Positions 29,954 through 39,874 of a stretch of 64,000 nucleotides of DNA are shown here, in pieces. Every line of letters starts with the position of its first letter. Positions within the stretch are counted from its first letter, which is position 1. The translations under genes were made by a program, and so were the position numbers. The notes beneath the pieces are model-generated. The model saw only the letters and a program-made list of their open reading frames with translations. It was not told where the DNA came from and did not search any database. This DNA comes from Nitrospirota bacterium (lineage in GTDB: Bacteria; Nitrospirota; UBA9217), in the NCBI GenBank assembly GCA_963663225.1, contig OY760142.1:1408001-1472000 (forward strand), written 5' to 3'.

Positions 29954-31075
29954 GTGCAGAGCACAGAAAAGCTGGATTTCAAGGGAAGCGGCGTTTTGTT
30001 GCTTAAGCACAGCATGCTGTATGTGCTTATGACTACGCCGGTCCTGTCCTTTTGCCTCATGGGCACGCACTGGCCCCGTATTTTTTTTGCTATGATTGCG
30101 TTCTCCTTCCCGGTTGTTCTGCTCCTCGTTTTGCTTATCTCGCGGTACGACCGGATTTCGTTTGATGATGATAAGCAGCAAATCGTCAAGCCTATAGGAC
30201 GTCCTCTCCCCTATCAAAGCATAAAAAGAATTGATATTAATGAAACAGGCAGACTGGTGCAGGTTGGCATTCGGCAGGGCTTCTTTCGCAGGGCACAATT
30301 ACTGTATGCGATGGACGGTATCGAGAAATCCCGCTTGCTGGAAAATCTTCTTAAGAGATTTCCTGATCCAGTTATTATCAGAAAAAATCGCAATGTTAAC
30401 TGGAAGTCGGTCTTCCTGATTCTTCTATTGTTTATCGTTCTGACCGCAGGATTTCATCTTTATCTTTTAAGAATCAACAAGGAAATCCCTGTGCTGCCGC
30501 ACCAGATAGTATGGGAAACAACAAAACGGTCACCGAAGGGCTTGCAGCAGTATACTCTGGGAAATTTCAGTTTTATGATGCCGGCACGATTTCAACTGAT
30601 TGGAAAAGAAGAGGGGGCCCTGCAGTTTGAAGATAAAATTACAAAAAATGAGGTAAGATTTTTTATAAACCCGCGGAAAGACATCCCCAGGCATGTGGAA
30701 CGGTTTATACGGTATATAACCGGGATTCGCGATTATTATGACGTGCTGGATATGGCGTTCTTTACGCGAGTAGGAGTTGTCCCGCTTGTCTTGAAAGATA
30801 TCGCTCTGACGGGATTGGCAGGGGTGAAAATTAGTGCCCTTGAACTGGCGCCGCCGCCTCGAATTGATTCGGTCGAAAAGATAAAAGAACCGGCAGGGCA
30901 ATCACTGAAAGGCTTTTTAACACAAGGGAAACGAAAGGACAAAAATACCGCCTCTGTTTTACTGGTGAGCAATGACCGGGAGGAGCTTCATGTCTTTTTT
31001 GCTGGTTTTGAGCAACTGGATGAAAAGACAGTGCAGAAGGTCATATCCGGGATCCGTCCTATTTCAGCCCGTTAA
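29954..31075 (+). CDS. Hypothetical membrane protein
   Basis: 373-aa ORF, GTG start after AGGAGGAG, three hydrophobic segments. Confidence 0.65.
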   Translation: MQSTEKLDFKGSGVLLLKHSMLYVLMTTPVLSFCLMGTHWPRIFFAMIAFSFPVVLLLVLLISRYDRISFDDDKQQIVKPIGRPLPYQSIKRIDINETGRLVQVGIRQGFFRRAQLLYAMDGIEKSRLLENLLKRFPDPVIIRKNRNVNWKSVFLILLLFIVLTAGFHLYLLRINKEIPVLPHQIVWETTKRSPKGLQQYTLGNFSFMMPARFQLIGKEEGALQFEDKITKNEVRFFINPRKDIPRHVERFIRYITGIRDYYDVLDMAFFTRVGVVPLVLKDIALTGLAGVKISALELAPPPRIDSVEKIKEPAGQSLKGFLTQGKRKDKNTASVLLVSNDREELHVFFAGFEQLDEKTVQKVISGIRPISAR

Positions 31076-31101
31076 GTCTCTTGTTCACACGTCTCCAGCG
31101 G

Positions 31102-32391
31102 TTATTTTCTAAATTCTATCAGGTCTCCGACAACAATCGGTTCGGTGCTTTTTCTTACGACCGCAGTAGCGGAGTTGTTTTTAACAATAAACACTTGAAC
31201 TTCCCCGATCTTTTTCTTCGGCAAAGATTTCTTCTCTGATGCACTGTAAACGGCAAAACGATCTCCCGGCTCAACTCCGTCCACATTCCCTTTATCCAGG
31301 TATACGAAATCCATCTGTGCATTGATTGTATGATTTTCCACAACATCGAGAATATACCCCGTGATTTCCTTGTCTCTTTGCTGTTGTGAGTTGAAAACGA
31401 GTGCCGGCTCCTGATAAGGAGTAAGTATGTTGTTTTTTTCCATAGAATCGAAGGAGAGCGTTATTTTAGCGGTAAAAACATCAGAGGCGTTTTTGGCTGT
31501 AATCTGAAGGATGCCGAGTCCGCGAACAAGGGTGCCGAATCGTTTGCCTGATCTTGGATGGTTCACCTTTTTTACCGTTGTGAAAACAAGAAACTTATCA
31601 CCAATAGCTGCTGGTTGTGAGGACGGGAGCTTAACGTACACCGTATCGCCGAAACCAAAGGTGGTTTTCGCATCTTCCGGCGACCCGACGATCCTGCCTT
31701 CCGCATTCATACTGTCCACGAAGCCTGCACTCAGCATGGCATACTTGTCAATAATGGGTATTGGCTGTTCTTCGGGTAAAATAAGTCTGCGCCCTTCTGC
31801 CGGAATTTCTGCTGGCTTCTGCTTTCCGGATTCCGGTGAAATAACGCCTTCGCGAGGCCGCGGTTCCTGCTGCGCGACCTGTTCTGTTTTTTTCTCAGTA
31901 GATTTTGCCTTTTCTGTCGGGGCTTTCAATGCTCTTTCGATAGGAGCAAGACTTGGTATGGCAAGCTTGTTGCCGGGATAGATCAAATCAGGGTTCGTGA
32001 TTGAAGGGTTTGCTTTCCAGATAAACGGCCATAAAAAAGGGTCTTTGAGAAAAGAACCTGAAATGTCCCAGAGCGTATCTCCCCTCTTAACGGTATAATA
32101 AGTAGTTTTTTCTTTTATTGGAGGTGTTGGCGTTTCTTCCGACTCTGTTGGTTGAGTATCTTTTTCATTTACAACAGCTTCTGGATTGGTCTTTTGATTT
32201 TCAATTTCAGCGGCAGTCGCATCATCAGGGGTAATCAACTGCCCTGATTGTTGCGGTGCAGATTCAGCAGCGGGCGTCTCCGGCTGTTGTGCGGGTGGTG
32301 TCTGCTCCTGCAGATGGGCTGTGCCGGGAATGAGCATAAGAATAAAAAAAACACCTGCCGCAAGGTTGATGATTTTCTTGTGAATGGTCAT
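31102..32391 (-). CDS. LysM peptidoglycan-binding protein
   Basis: Signal peptide; YTVKRGDTLWDIS...NPDLIYPG; start at 32391 with GGAGG SD. Confidence 0.88.
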   Translation of the reverse strand: MTIHKKIINLAAGVFFILMLIPGTAHLQEQTPPAQQPETPAAESAPQQSGQLITPDDATAAEIENQKTNPEAVVNEKDTQPTESEETPTPPIKEKTTYYTVKRGDTLWDISGSFLKDPFLWPFIWKANPSITNPDLIYPGNKLAIPSLAPIERALKAPTEKAKSTEKKTEQVAQQEPRPREGVISPESGKQKPAEIPAEGRRLILPEEQPIPIIDKYAMLSAGFVDSMNAEGRIVGSPEDAKTTFGFGDTVYVKLPSSQPAAIGDKFLVFTTVKKVNHPRSGKRFGTLVRGLGILQITAKNASDVFTAKITLSFDSMEKNNILTPYQEPALVFNSQQQRDKEITGYILDVVENHTINAQMDFVYLDKGNVDGVEPGDRFAVYSASEKKSLPKKKIGEVQVFIVKNNSATAVVRKSTEPIVVGDLIEFRK

Positions 32392-32597
32392 TCTGGCCTC
32401 CAGACTTTTATTGCCGACGTGGCAGAAGAATGAAGCTGGGAAATTCTGCGCACCGTTTTCTGATGAAACCTGCACGCTCGAAAAAATACACAATATAGCG
32501 CGGCTTATTTTGGAGTAAAGATATACGAGAAACCTCTTGTTTGTCAAGAGAATAAATCTTTCGGGGCGCAACCAACCCTTGCTTTTGAAGAGGGATT

Positions 32598-34796
32598 TTG
32601 GTATGCTTTCTTGCCGTGAAAAAGAACAGCAACATAAGTGCCAGCGGATGGAGGCGCGTATTTTACCTCGTTATTTTCCTCGCCGTAACGGGGATTGCTA
32701 CGGCGCTCCAGCTTGAATATCGGGGTTTCCAGGGGCCTCTCTCCGATAATATTCTCATTCTTATTCTTATCAATGCCGATCTGCTTCTGCTGGCGGCTGT
32801 CATCTTTATGATGGCGCGGAGTTTGTGGAAGCTCTGGGTGGAGCGAAAGCAGGGGGTGCTGGGCGCCCGTTTTCGGACGAAATTGGTCACCGCTTTTGTC
32901 AGCCTGTCGTTTATCCCGCCAGTCCTCCTGTTCTTTATCGGAAGCGGCATGTTCACCAGCAGCATCGAGCGGCTTTTTACACTCAGAATCGAGAGTGCGC
33001 TTAAAGACTCCGTTGTCGTCACCGAGGAATACTACAACAGACTGCAGAATGATGCGCTGATCTTCGGCAAGCAAATCAGCAGGCAAATGACGGAAACCGG
33101 ACTTGTCAACAGGGTTGAAAACCAAGTCCTGAAAGACTATCTGAGCAAGAAGGTCTCAGAATATAATCTTGATTCTGCGGAACTTTTTTCAGCACCCCGC
33201 GAGAAAATGGTGACCGTCGTTACCGGCCAGTACCCTGCAAAGGCTTTTGTGGCTACGCCTGTTGACCTAAGAGAACAAGCTTTTTCCGGAAAAGAGGCTG
33301 TAGAGGCGGCAACATCGGGAAAGAAAGCGGCTATTATGCGTGCCGTATTGCCGGTTTACGATCCCGAGGTGAAAAATCAGGTTGCCGCGGTCCTCGCGGT
33401 TACGTATTATATCCCGCCCAGCCTCGCTATTAAAACAGAGGAGGTCAAGGAAGGATACACACAATACCGATCAGCGTTTAAGAGCAAAGAACCAATCAAA
33501 CTGGCTTACCGGCTCGGATTTCTTGCTATAACGCTGGCGCTTTTGCTGGCGGCGATCTGGGTATCGCTGCGCGTTGCCGCCGGCATTACCGGTCCCATTA
33601 AAAAACTTGCGGAAGGCACTGCTGCTGTGGCAGCCGGCAAGCTTGATTATAAAGTAGACGAGGCCTCCGGAGACGAAGTGGGGATTCTTGTCGACTCGTT
33701 TAACCGGATGACCAGCGAGCTGAAAAACTCCCGGGAGCAGCTTGAGCAGGAAGGCAACTATAAAAAAACGATACTCGCGAACATTGATACCGGGGTTGTT
33801 TCTATTGACCGTGCTGGCAGGATTACAACGGTGAACCAATCGGCATCGGAAATGCTGGATGTCCTGGAGCAGGACGCACTCGGCAAGCGATATGATGAAG
33901 TTTTCGGTTTTGTCGAGCTGGGGCCAATCCGGAACCTGTTCCGCAAGCTTGAGCAAGGAGAGGGAAAAAGCGCAGAGGAGCTATCACTGAATGTACGGGG
34001 CCGCGTGCTGACGGTCAGTATACGGTTTTCCACGTTACGGGACGGGAGCGGCACGCCTATCGGGACCCTTATTACCTTTGACGACCTTACGGAGCTGCTC
34101 CGCGCGAAAAAGGCCGAGACCTGGCAGGATGTTGCGCGAAGCATTGCTCATGAGTTCAAAAACCCGCTTACGCCGATCAAGCTTTCTGCCGAGCGATTAC
34201 GCAAGAAGCACACCGAAAAGTCCCCTGATTTCGACAGGGTTTTTGAAGAATGCAGCAAAACGATCATTCAGGAAGCGGACGGACTGCGAAAACTGGTTGA
34301 TGAATTCGCGAATTTCGCGCGAATGCCGAGCTCGAATCCAACGCTTCAACCCCTTGCACCGGTGCTGGAAAACGTCGTCCAGCTTTATGCAGGAGCGCAC
34401 AAGGACATAATTTTTCATGAAGAGATTCCCGCCGATTTGCCGGATGTTTTTCTTGACCGGGAGCAGATCAAACGGGTTTTTATCAATCTTTTTGAGAACG
34501 CGGTAGAGGCGATGAGCGGAAAGGGCGGGCTCTCGATTTCTGTGAGGATGACAGCAAGCAATATGCTGCAGATTGACGTTGCTGATGAAGGCCCGGGCAT
34601 ATCGGCGGAGGACGTGCCTAAACTGTTTCAGCCTGATTTCTCGCGAAAAAAGAAAAAAAGCGGCTTGGGGCTTGCTATTGTGCTCAGAATTATCAAGGAT
34701 CATGGCGGTACCATCCGCGTGGAAAAAAACAGCCCCCAGGGGGCTCGATTTGTCATGGAATTACCGGTAAAAAAGGGACACGTGATTTCCGGCTGA
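32598..34796 (+). CDS. NtrY-like HAMP/PAS sensor histidine kinase (start uncertain)
   Basis: TM helices, HAMP, PAS, H-box IAHEFKNPLTPI, N box, DEGPGI, SGLGL. Confidence 0.88.
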   Translation: MVCFLAVKKNSNISASGWRRVFYLVIFLAVTGIATALQLEYRGFQGPLSDNILILILINADLLLLAAVIFMMARSLWKLWVERKQGVLGARFRTKLVTAFVSLSFIPPVLLFFIGSGMFTSSIERLFTLRIESALKDSVVVTEEYYNRLQNDALIFGKQISRQMTETGLVNRVENQVLKDYLSKKVSEYNLDSAELFSAPREKMVTVVTGQYPAKAFVATPVDLREQAFSGKEAVEAATSGKKAAIMRAVLPVYDPEVKNQVAAVLAVTYYIPPSLAIKTEEVKEGYTQYRSAFKSKEPIKLAYRLGFLAITLALLLAAIWVSLRVAAGITGPIKKLAEGTAAVAAGKLDYKVDEASGDEVGILVDSFNRMTSELKNSREQLEQEGNYKKTILANIDTGVVSIDRAGRITTVNQSASEMLDVLEQDALGKRYDEVFGFVELGPIRNLFRKLEQGEGKSAEELSLNVRGRVLTVSIRFSTLRDGSGTPIGTLITFDDLTELLRAKKAETWQDVARSIAHEFKNPLTPIKLSAERLRKKHTEKSPDFDRVFEECSKTIIQEADGLRKLVDEFANFARMPSSNPTLQPLAPVLENVVQLYAGAHKDIIFHEEIPADLPDVFLDREQIKRVFINLFENAVEAMSGKGGLSISVRMTASNMLQIDVADEGPGISAEDVPKLFQPDFSRKKKKSGLGLAIVLRIIKDHGGTIRVEKNSPQGARFVMELPVKKGHVISG

Positions 34797-34845
34797 AACA
34801 AAAATTTCGGCGGAATGATCGTGATTACGCGCATGGAGGCCTGCT

Positions 34846-35214
34846 TTGGACACTGCATCGACAATACTACTGGTTGTTATTGGTGGATACCTGGCGTTTA
34901 GACTATTCGGCTTACTGGGCCGATGGGGCGTTAAGCAGATTTCACCAAAGGAGCTTGATTCGAAAAAAGGGATAGTGCTTCTCGATGTCAGGACAGACAA
35001 GGAATATGCAAATGGGCATATTCCCGGTTCAGTTCATGTACCGCTTGCCGACATCGGAGATAAAATCAAAAAACTGAAGAAGGACAAAGAGCTTGTGGTT
35101 TATGATCAGACGGGGCATAAAAGCATCTGGGCAATCAAACGGCTGATGGGAATGGGCTACAAGAACCTTTATAATCTGAAGGGCGGATACAGTGCCTGGA
35201 AGAGAACGCATTAA
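34846..35214 (+). CDS. Membrane-anchored rhodanese-like protein lacking the catalytic Cys
   Basis: LLDVRT..EY..GHIPG and LKGG..AW; active loop reads VVYDQTG. Confidence 0.8.
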   Translation: MDTASTILLVVIGGYLAFRLFGLLGRWGVKQISPKELDSKKGIVLLDVRTDKEYANGHIPGSVHVPLADIGDKIKKLKKDKELVVYDQTGHKSIWAIKRLMGMGYKNLYNLKGGYSAWKRTH

Positions 35215-35845
35215 CGATCTGAAGCGGGACTATCGAAAAAAAAAGCCGCTGATCGTAAAACGGCTGAACGAGTTCCGCACTGTATACGAACAGGGTGACC
35301 GTGCAATTTTTGAGGAACTCTGCTATTGTATTTTAACAGCCGGCAGCAGCGCCAGGATGGGCATGCGCACGGTGGCCGCATTACGCGATATTCTGCTTAC
35401 CGGAAGCCTGCAGGACCTCCAGCAACGGGCACATGACAATCGTGTGCGATTTTGGCGCATACGCCCTTTCTACATTGTCCAGACCCGGGATTTTATCAAA
35501 AAAAATTATGGATTGAAATTAAAGAGGCTGGTTGATTCCTTTGACTGCAGGCACGCCCGGCGTGATTTTTTTGCGAAAAGCAAGGAAATTAAAGGACTAG
35601 GATATAAGGAGGCAAGCCATTTTCTCAGAAACATAGGCTTTCCAGGATACGCCATTCTGGATAAACACATTCTGAACAGTCTTAGAGATCTGGGCGTGAT
35701 CAGCAGGCAGGTACCGCCTGCAAGCAGAAAAGACTATCTGGCTATTGAGGAGCGACTGGCGCATTTTGCAGAAGAGATAGGGATTGATATGGATCATCTC
35801 GATCTGCTGTTGTGGTCCCGCAAAACGGGTGAAATACTAAAGTGA
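35192..35845 (+). CDS. ogg: 8-oxoguanine DNA glycosylase/AP lyase (OGG2 type)
   Basis: FEELCYCILT, KGLGYKEASHFLRN, AILDKH, C-terminal TGEILK. Confidence 0.88.
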   Translation: MPGRERINDLKRDYRKKKPLIVKRLNEFRTVYEQGDRAIFEELCYCILTAGSSARMGMRTVAALRDILLTGSLQDLQQRAHDNRVRFWRIRPFYIVQTRDFIKKNYGLKLKRLVDSFDCRHARRDFFAKSKEIKGLGYKEASHFLRNIGFPGYAILDKHILNSLRDLGVISRQVPPASRKDYLAIEERLAHFAEEIGIDMDHLDLLLWSRKTGEILK

Positions 35846-36100
35846 AGACAGTACGATGTGAAAAGTAAAATAGGAGGGAACCAAACTCTGTCTTTTTTCT
35901 GCGTAAGGCGATGCTTATTATTCATATAAATTTTATTACATTTATTATAATTAATAATTTATGTTATATTGATTAGATTGTCATTGAAAACAAGCATAAA
36001 GATTGTTTATTTTTGCCTACCATAATCTAGGTTATATATTCATGTAGTATTCCTCAAAACAACCGTTCTGTAATCAAAGAAAAAACATTCTCAAAACTGC

Positions 36101-36116
36101 TGGCACATTCCTTGCA
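36101..36116 (+). promoter_or_regulatory. Sigma-54 -24/-12 promoter
   Basis: TGGCAC-attcc-TTGCA, an exact consensus match, in an AT-rich intergenic region. Confidence 0.75.
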
Positions 36117-36307
36117 AAAATATAAGCTTACGTAGTTATGTAGTTATAGCGATCATTCTTGCTCACTAGTTTTTATTCATAGTATAAAACGCTGAAACGT
36201 GAACGAACAATTCAAGATTAGATAAAGGAGGGGTGGAATTCTAAGGAAACTGCACGGTATTTGCTAATCATATGTTGTATGCTGTTAAGATAGTAATGTT
36301 TTTTTTA

Positions 36308-36336
36308 TTGACAAGCACCATGGCATCTGATATACA
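36308..36336 (+). promoter_or_regulatory. Sigma70-type promoter upstream of the CoA-ligase cluster
   Basis: TTGACA-17-TATACA with an extended TG. Confidence 0.45.
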
Positions 36337-36383
36337 CATTAAGTTGAAGTAGGTATTAAATTTATAGCCTTTAGGAGGAGGTT

Positions 36384-37637
36384 ATGGCTCGATTACATGA
36401 GCATGAAGGTAAGGAGTTGTTCAAGATTGCCAAGATGCCGATTCCCCAGGGTGGAGTAGCAAAAACACCCGAAGAGGCCAGGAAAATCGCGGAGAAGATT
36501 GGAAAACCCGTGGTGATCAAGGTCCAGATCTGGGCAGGAGGTCGTGGTAAGGCAGGCGGTGTGAAATTTGCTGACACGCCGCAAGAAGCGGAAAAAATAG
36601 CTGCATCGCTGCTGGGCATGACGATCAAAGGCCTGTTTGTTGAAAAGGTCTTGGTTGAAGAGAAACTCGCAATTGAGAAAGAATACTATGCCGGTATCAT
36701 TGTCAATGCGCAGGCGGATGCGCGCTGCCCCGTGGTGATGTTCTCCACGGAAGGTGGTATGGACATTGAGTCAGTTCCTAATGACAAGATTGCTCTCTTC
36801 AATGTTGATGTTGTACGGGGCTTCAAAATCTACGACGCCCTGAATCTCGCCAATAAACTCAAAGTTCCCAGTCAGTATATTACCCAAGTTGCAAAACTCA
36901 TTGTAGGCTTGTACGATACATTCAAAAACTACGGCGCCAGATTGATCGAAATCAACCCCATGGTCATTACAAAAGACGGAAAGGTGCTCGCAGGCGACTG
37001 CCGTCTTTCGATTGACGATTCCTCGGCTATTCGCCATCCGGAATTGGGAATTGAGGTTGCCCGTGAATCATCAACGCCTCCAACAGAACTTGATAAAATT
37101 GCATGGTGGGTGGAAGAGAAGGATCTGCGCGGTACCTGCTATTTTGCAGAAATGAATAACCAGCTCAAGGGCGAGGTGTTCGGCACGATCGGATACCATG
37201 GCATGGGTGGTGGCGGTGCCATGCTCGGTGTCGATGGTCTTAACAGGCAAGGGTTGCGGGTTCCTGACTTTGCAGATACAAGCGGAAATCCGCCGGCCTC
37301 CAAAGTGTATCGCGCAGCCAAACTGGTCTTCTCCCAGCCGGGAATTGACGGGTACATGCTCGGCGGTTTCATGGCGGCCAACCAGGAACAGTGGCATCAC
37401 GCACATGGAGTTGTAAAAGCGTTGCGTGAGGAGCTTCCCAAGCGTCCCGGTTTCCCCGTCCTTCTTCTTCTCGCGGGAAACAAAGAGAAAGAATCTCTTG
37501 AAATTCTGAGAGAAGGGACGAAGGATCTTAACGCCAGAATCCGCATTTACGGCGGCGACCGCGTGTACGATACCGTTGGGCTTGCAGCTGAGATGAAAGA
37601 AATGGTTCTCGAATACAAGAAGGAAAGAAAAGGGTAA
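36384..37637 (+). CDS. Divergent ADP-forming acyl-CoA synthetase beta subunit (SucC/CcsA/MtkA superfamily)
   Basis: ATP-grasp LHEHEGK, GGRGKAGGV, VLVEE, EGGMDIE, EINP; non-SucC substrate loops. Confidence 0.85.
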   Translation: MARLHEHEGKELFKIAKMPIPQGGVAKTPEEARKIAEKIGKPVVIKVQIWAGGRGKAGGVKFADTPQEAEKIAASLLGMTIKGLFVEKVLVEEKLAIEKEYYAGIIVNAQADARCPVVMFSTEGGMDIESVPNDKIALFNVDVVRGFKIYDALNLANKLKVPSQYITQVAKLIVGLYDTFKNYGARLIEINPMVITKDGKVLAGDCRLSIDDSSAIRHPELGIEVARESSTPPTELDKIAWWVEEKDLRGTCYFAEMNNQLKGEVFGTIGYHGMGGGGAMLGVDGLNRQGLRVPDFADTSGNPPASKVYRAAKLVFSQPGIDGYMLGGFMAANQEQWHHAHGVVKALREELPKRPGFPVLLLLAGNKEKESLEILREGTKDLNARIRIYGGDRVYDTVGLAAEMKEMVLEYKKERKG

Positions 37638-37649
37638 AGGAGGCTGCCC

Positions 37650-37931
37650 ATGCAGGAGTTTCAGGAACAGACAATTAAGATCACCATTGATGAAAGTAAG
37701 TGCAAGCAGTGTGAATCGAAGGCCTGTATAGCGGCCTGTAAGGCCTATGCTCGGGGAATGCTGGTTCTTAAAGACGGCGTTCATCCGGTTGTGGAAGGGG
37801 ATGCCAAGCGTCTCGGAACTGAGTGTTTGGCTTGTGAGTATGAGTGCTGGTTCAGGGGGAAAAAGGCTATCAAGATAGAAGCGCCAACTCCAGGACTGGA
37901 AGAATACCGTAAGAAACACGGAATATCCTAA
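37650..37931 (+). CDS. Small ferredoxin-like protein with 7 Cys
   Basis: CKQCESKACIAAC and GTECLACEYEC; AGGAGG SD. Confidence 0.75.
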   Translation: MQEFQEQTIKITIDESKCKQCESKACIAACKAYARGMLVLKDGVHPVVEGDAKRLGTECLACEYECWFRGKKAIKIEAPTPGLEEYRKKHGIS

Positions 37932-37948
37932 AAGAAGGTGGTGCATAT

Positions 37949-38863
37949 ATGGCTATCTTGCTGACAAAAACAACGAAAGTCGTAGTTCAGGGGATCACGG
38001 GAAGAGAAGGCTCAATGAGAGCCAAGTTCATGCGGCGCCTCGGGACAAACGTCGTTGCCGGTGTTACGCCGGGACGCGGCGGTGAGGAAGTCGACGGAAT
38101 CCCCGTATATAATACAGTAAAAGATGCAGTAAAAAATCACGGTCTTTTCGATGTGTCGGTTACCTTTATTCCGGGAACAGGACTGAAGGATGCTGTTTGT
38201 GAGGCGCTGGATGCCGACATAAAGTGGATCGTTATGCCGGTTGAGCGTGTTCCGCTTTATGATATCCTGGAAATGGTGGCCTATGGAAAACAGAAGGGTG
38301 CAATGCTTCTGGGACCCGGCTCTATCGGTGTCAACACCCCGGGCGTAGGAGCGCTGGGTTGGCTGGGCGGTTCTGTTGAATTTGCCAACAAGCACTTCGT
38401 TCCAGGACATGTCGGCGTTATTTCCCGCAGCGGCGGTCAGTCCGGCACGCTTCCGTACGTGATTGCCAAGGCCGGCTTCGGTGTGAGCACTGTTATTCAC
38501 GTCGGGACTGAACCGGTAACAGGAATGTCCTTCTCAGATATTCTGCCTCTGTTCCAAGAAGATACTGAGACGGATGCCGTTGCAATATTCGGTGAAATGG
38601 GCGGTTCTCATGAAGAGGAAGCAGCCCAGTTGGTGAAATCAGGAAAATTCACTAAACCGATCATGATTTATGTATCAGGCGCTTGGGCACCGGCGGGAAT
38701 GAAATTCTCCCATGCCAGCGCTATCGTGGAGCGCGGCAGCGGATCAACAGCCGACAAAATCACGCGCCTCAAGGAAGCAGGAATTATCGTGGTGGATAAT
38801 CCTATCGAAATTCCGGCACACCTTGTGGAGCTGAAAAAGCAGGGAAAATTGAGAGTAAAATAA
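37949..38863 (+). CDS. Acyl-CoA synthetase alpha subunit (SucD-like)
   Basis: VQGITG, GVTPG, SRSGG, GEMGG, phospho-His loop FSHASAI. Confidence 0.85.
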   Translation: MAILLTKTTKVVVQGITGREGSMRAKFMRRLGTNVVAGVTPGRGGEEVDGIPVYNTVKDAVKNHGLFDVSVTFIPGTGLKDAVCEALDADIKWIVMPVERVPLYDILEMVAYGKQKGAMLLGPGSIGVNTPGVGALGWLGGSVEFANKHFVPGHVGVISRSGGQSGTLPYVIAKAGFGVSTVIHVGTEPVTGMSFSDILPLFQEDTETDAVAIFGEMGGSHEEEAAQLVKSGKFTKPIMIYVSGAWAPAGMKFSHASAIVERGSGSTADKITRLKEAGIIVVDNPIEIPAHLVELKKQGKLRVK

Positions 38864-38900
38864 TCCGTACTATTTTCACAAAGAGGAAAGGAGAACTACT

Positions 38901-39797
38901 ATGCCTGTAATGAGATCAGTTTTTTATGTTCCGGGTAACAATGAAAAATTTGTCAGCAAGGCGTCGGAAATTCCCGCGGATATCATCACGCTGGACTTGG
39001 AAGATTCCGTTCCCCCGGCAGAAAAAGTAAAAGCCCGCGAGATGGTGAGAGAGAATCTTAAGAACGCAGGAAAAGGCGGAGCAAAGGTTTTCTCCCGCAT
39101 CAACAACTGGGAAACCCTGTTAACGAATGATGACCTTGAAGCAATCGTTCATGAAGGGCTTGATGGCGTTTGCCTGGCCAAGGCAGGTCATCCTGATGAT
39201 ATCAAACGCTTGGATTGGAAGCTTGAAGAGCTCGAAAGACGCCGCAATCTGCCTGTGGGCGGCATCCAAGTTCAGCTTCTCATCGAAACCGCAAAGGGCA
39301 TGATCAATGCCTACGGTTCAGCTACCGCCAGCAAACGTATCGTCGGACTTATTTTCGGCGCCGTCGACTACTGCAAAGATATGCGTGTAAACCTGACCAC
39401 GGAAGCGACCGAGCAGCTGTATGGCCGTTACTATACCGCTGTTGCAGCGCGCGCAGCCGGTGTTATTGCCATCGACTGTCCTTTTGTTGACTTCAGCAAT
39501 GTGGCAGCTTTCGAGAAGAGCGTCATGGAAGGCAAACAGATGGGTTATGAAGGCCGCATGCTGATCCATCCCAGCCAGGTTGAACCCTCCAACCGTCTCT
39601 ACAAGCCTTCACCGGAGCAGGTTGAATGGGCTGCCGGCGTTGTGAAGGTCTTCGAAGAAGAAGCGATCGCAAAAGGTAAGGCTGCCGTTTCCTACAAAGG
39701 GAAAATGGTGGACATCCCGGTTTACGACAACGCCCGCATTATTCTTCAGCAGATGAGCGAGATTAATGCATTTGAAGCAAAGCGCAACAAGAAATAA
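38901..39797 (+). CDS. CitE / malyl-CoA-lyase family CoA-ester lyase
   Basis: RSVFYVPG, LDLEDSV, RIN, LIETAKG, FGAVDY, IHPSQV, GKMVD. Confidence 0.88.
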   Translation: MPVMRSVFYVPGNNEKFVSKASEIPADIITLDLEDSVPPAEKVKAREMVRENLKNAGKGGAKVFSRINNWETLLTNDDLEAIVHEGLDGVCLAKAGHPDDIKRLDWKLEELERRRNLPVGGIQVQLLIETAKGMINAYGSATASKRIVGLIFGAVDYCKDMRVNLTTEATEQLYGRYYTAVAARAAGVIAIDCPFVDFSNVAAFEKSVMEGKQMGYEGRMLIHPSQVEPSNRLYKPSPEQVEWAAGVVKVFEEEAIAKGKAAVSYKGKMVDIPVYDNARIILQQMSEINAFEAKRNKK

Positions 39798-39809
39798 ATA
39801 AAACCAGAC

Positions 39810-39863
39810 AGGCTGCTTTTTGACTACTTTCAACAAAGATAGTGCAAAAAGCAGCCTTTTTTT
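39810..39863 (+). terminator. Intrinsic terminator after the lyase gene
   Basis: aggctgctttttg/caaaaagcagcct stem followed by a T-run. Confidence 0.7.
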
Positions 39864-39874
39864 TGAGTTTTATC

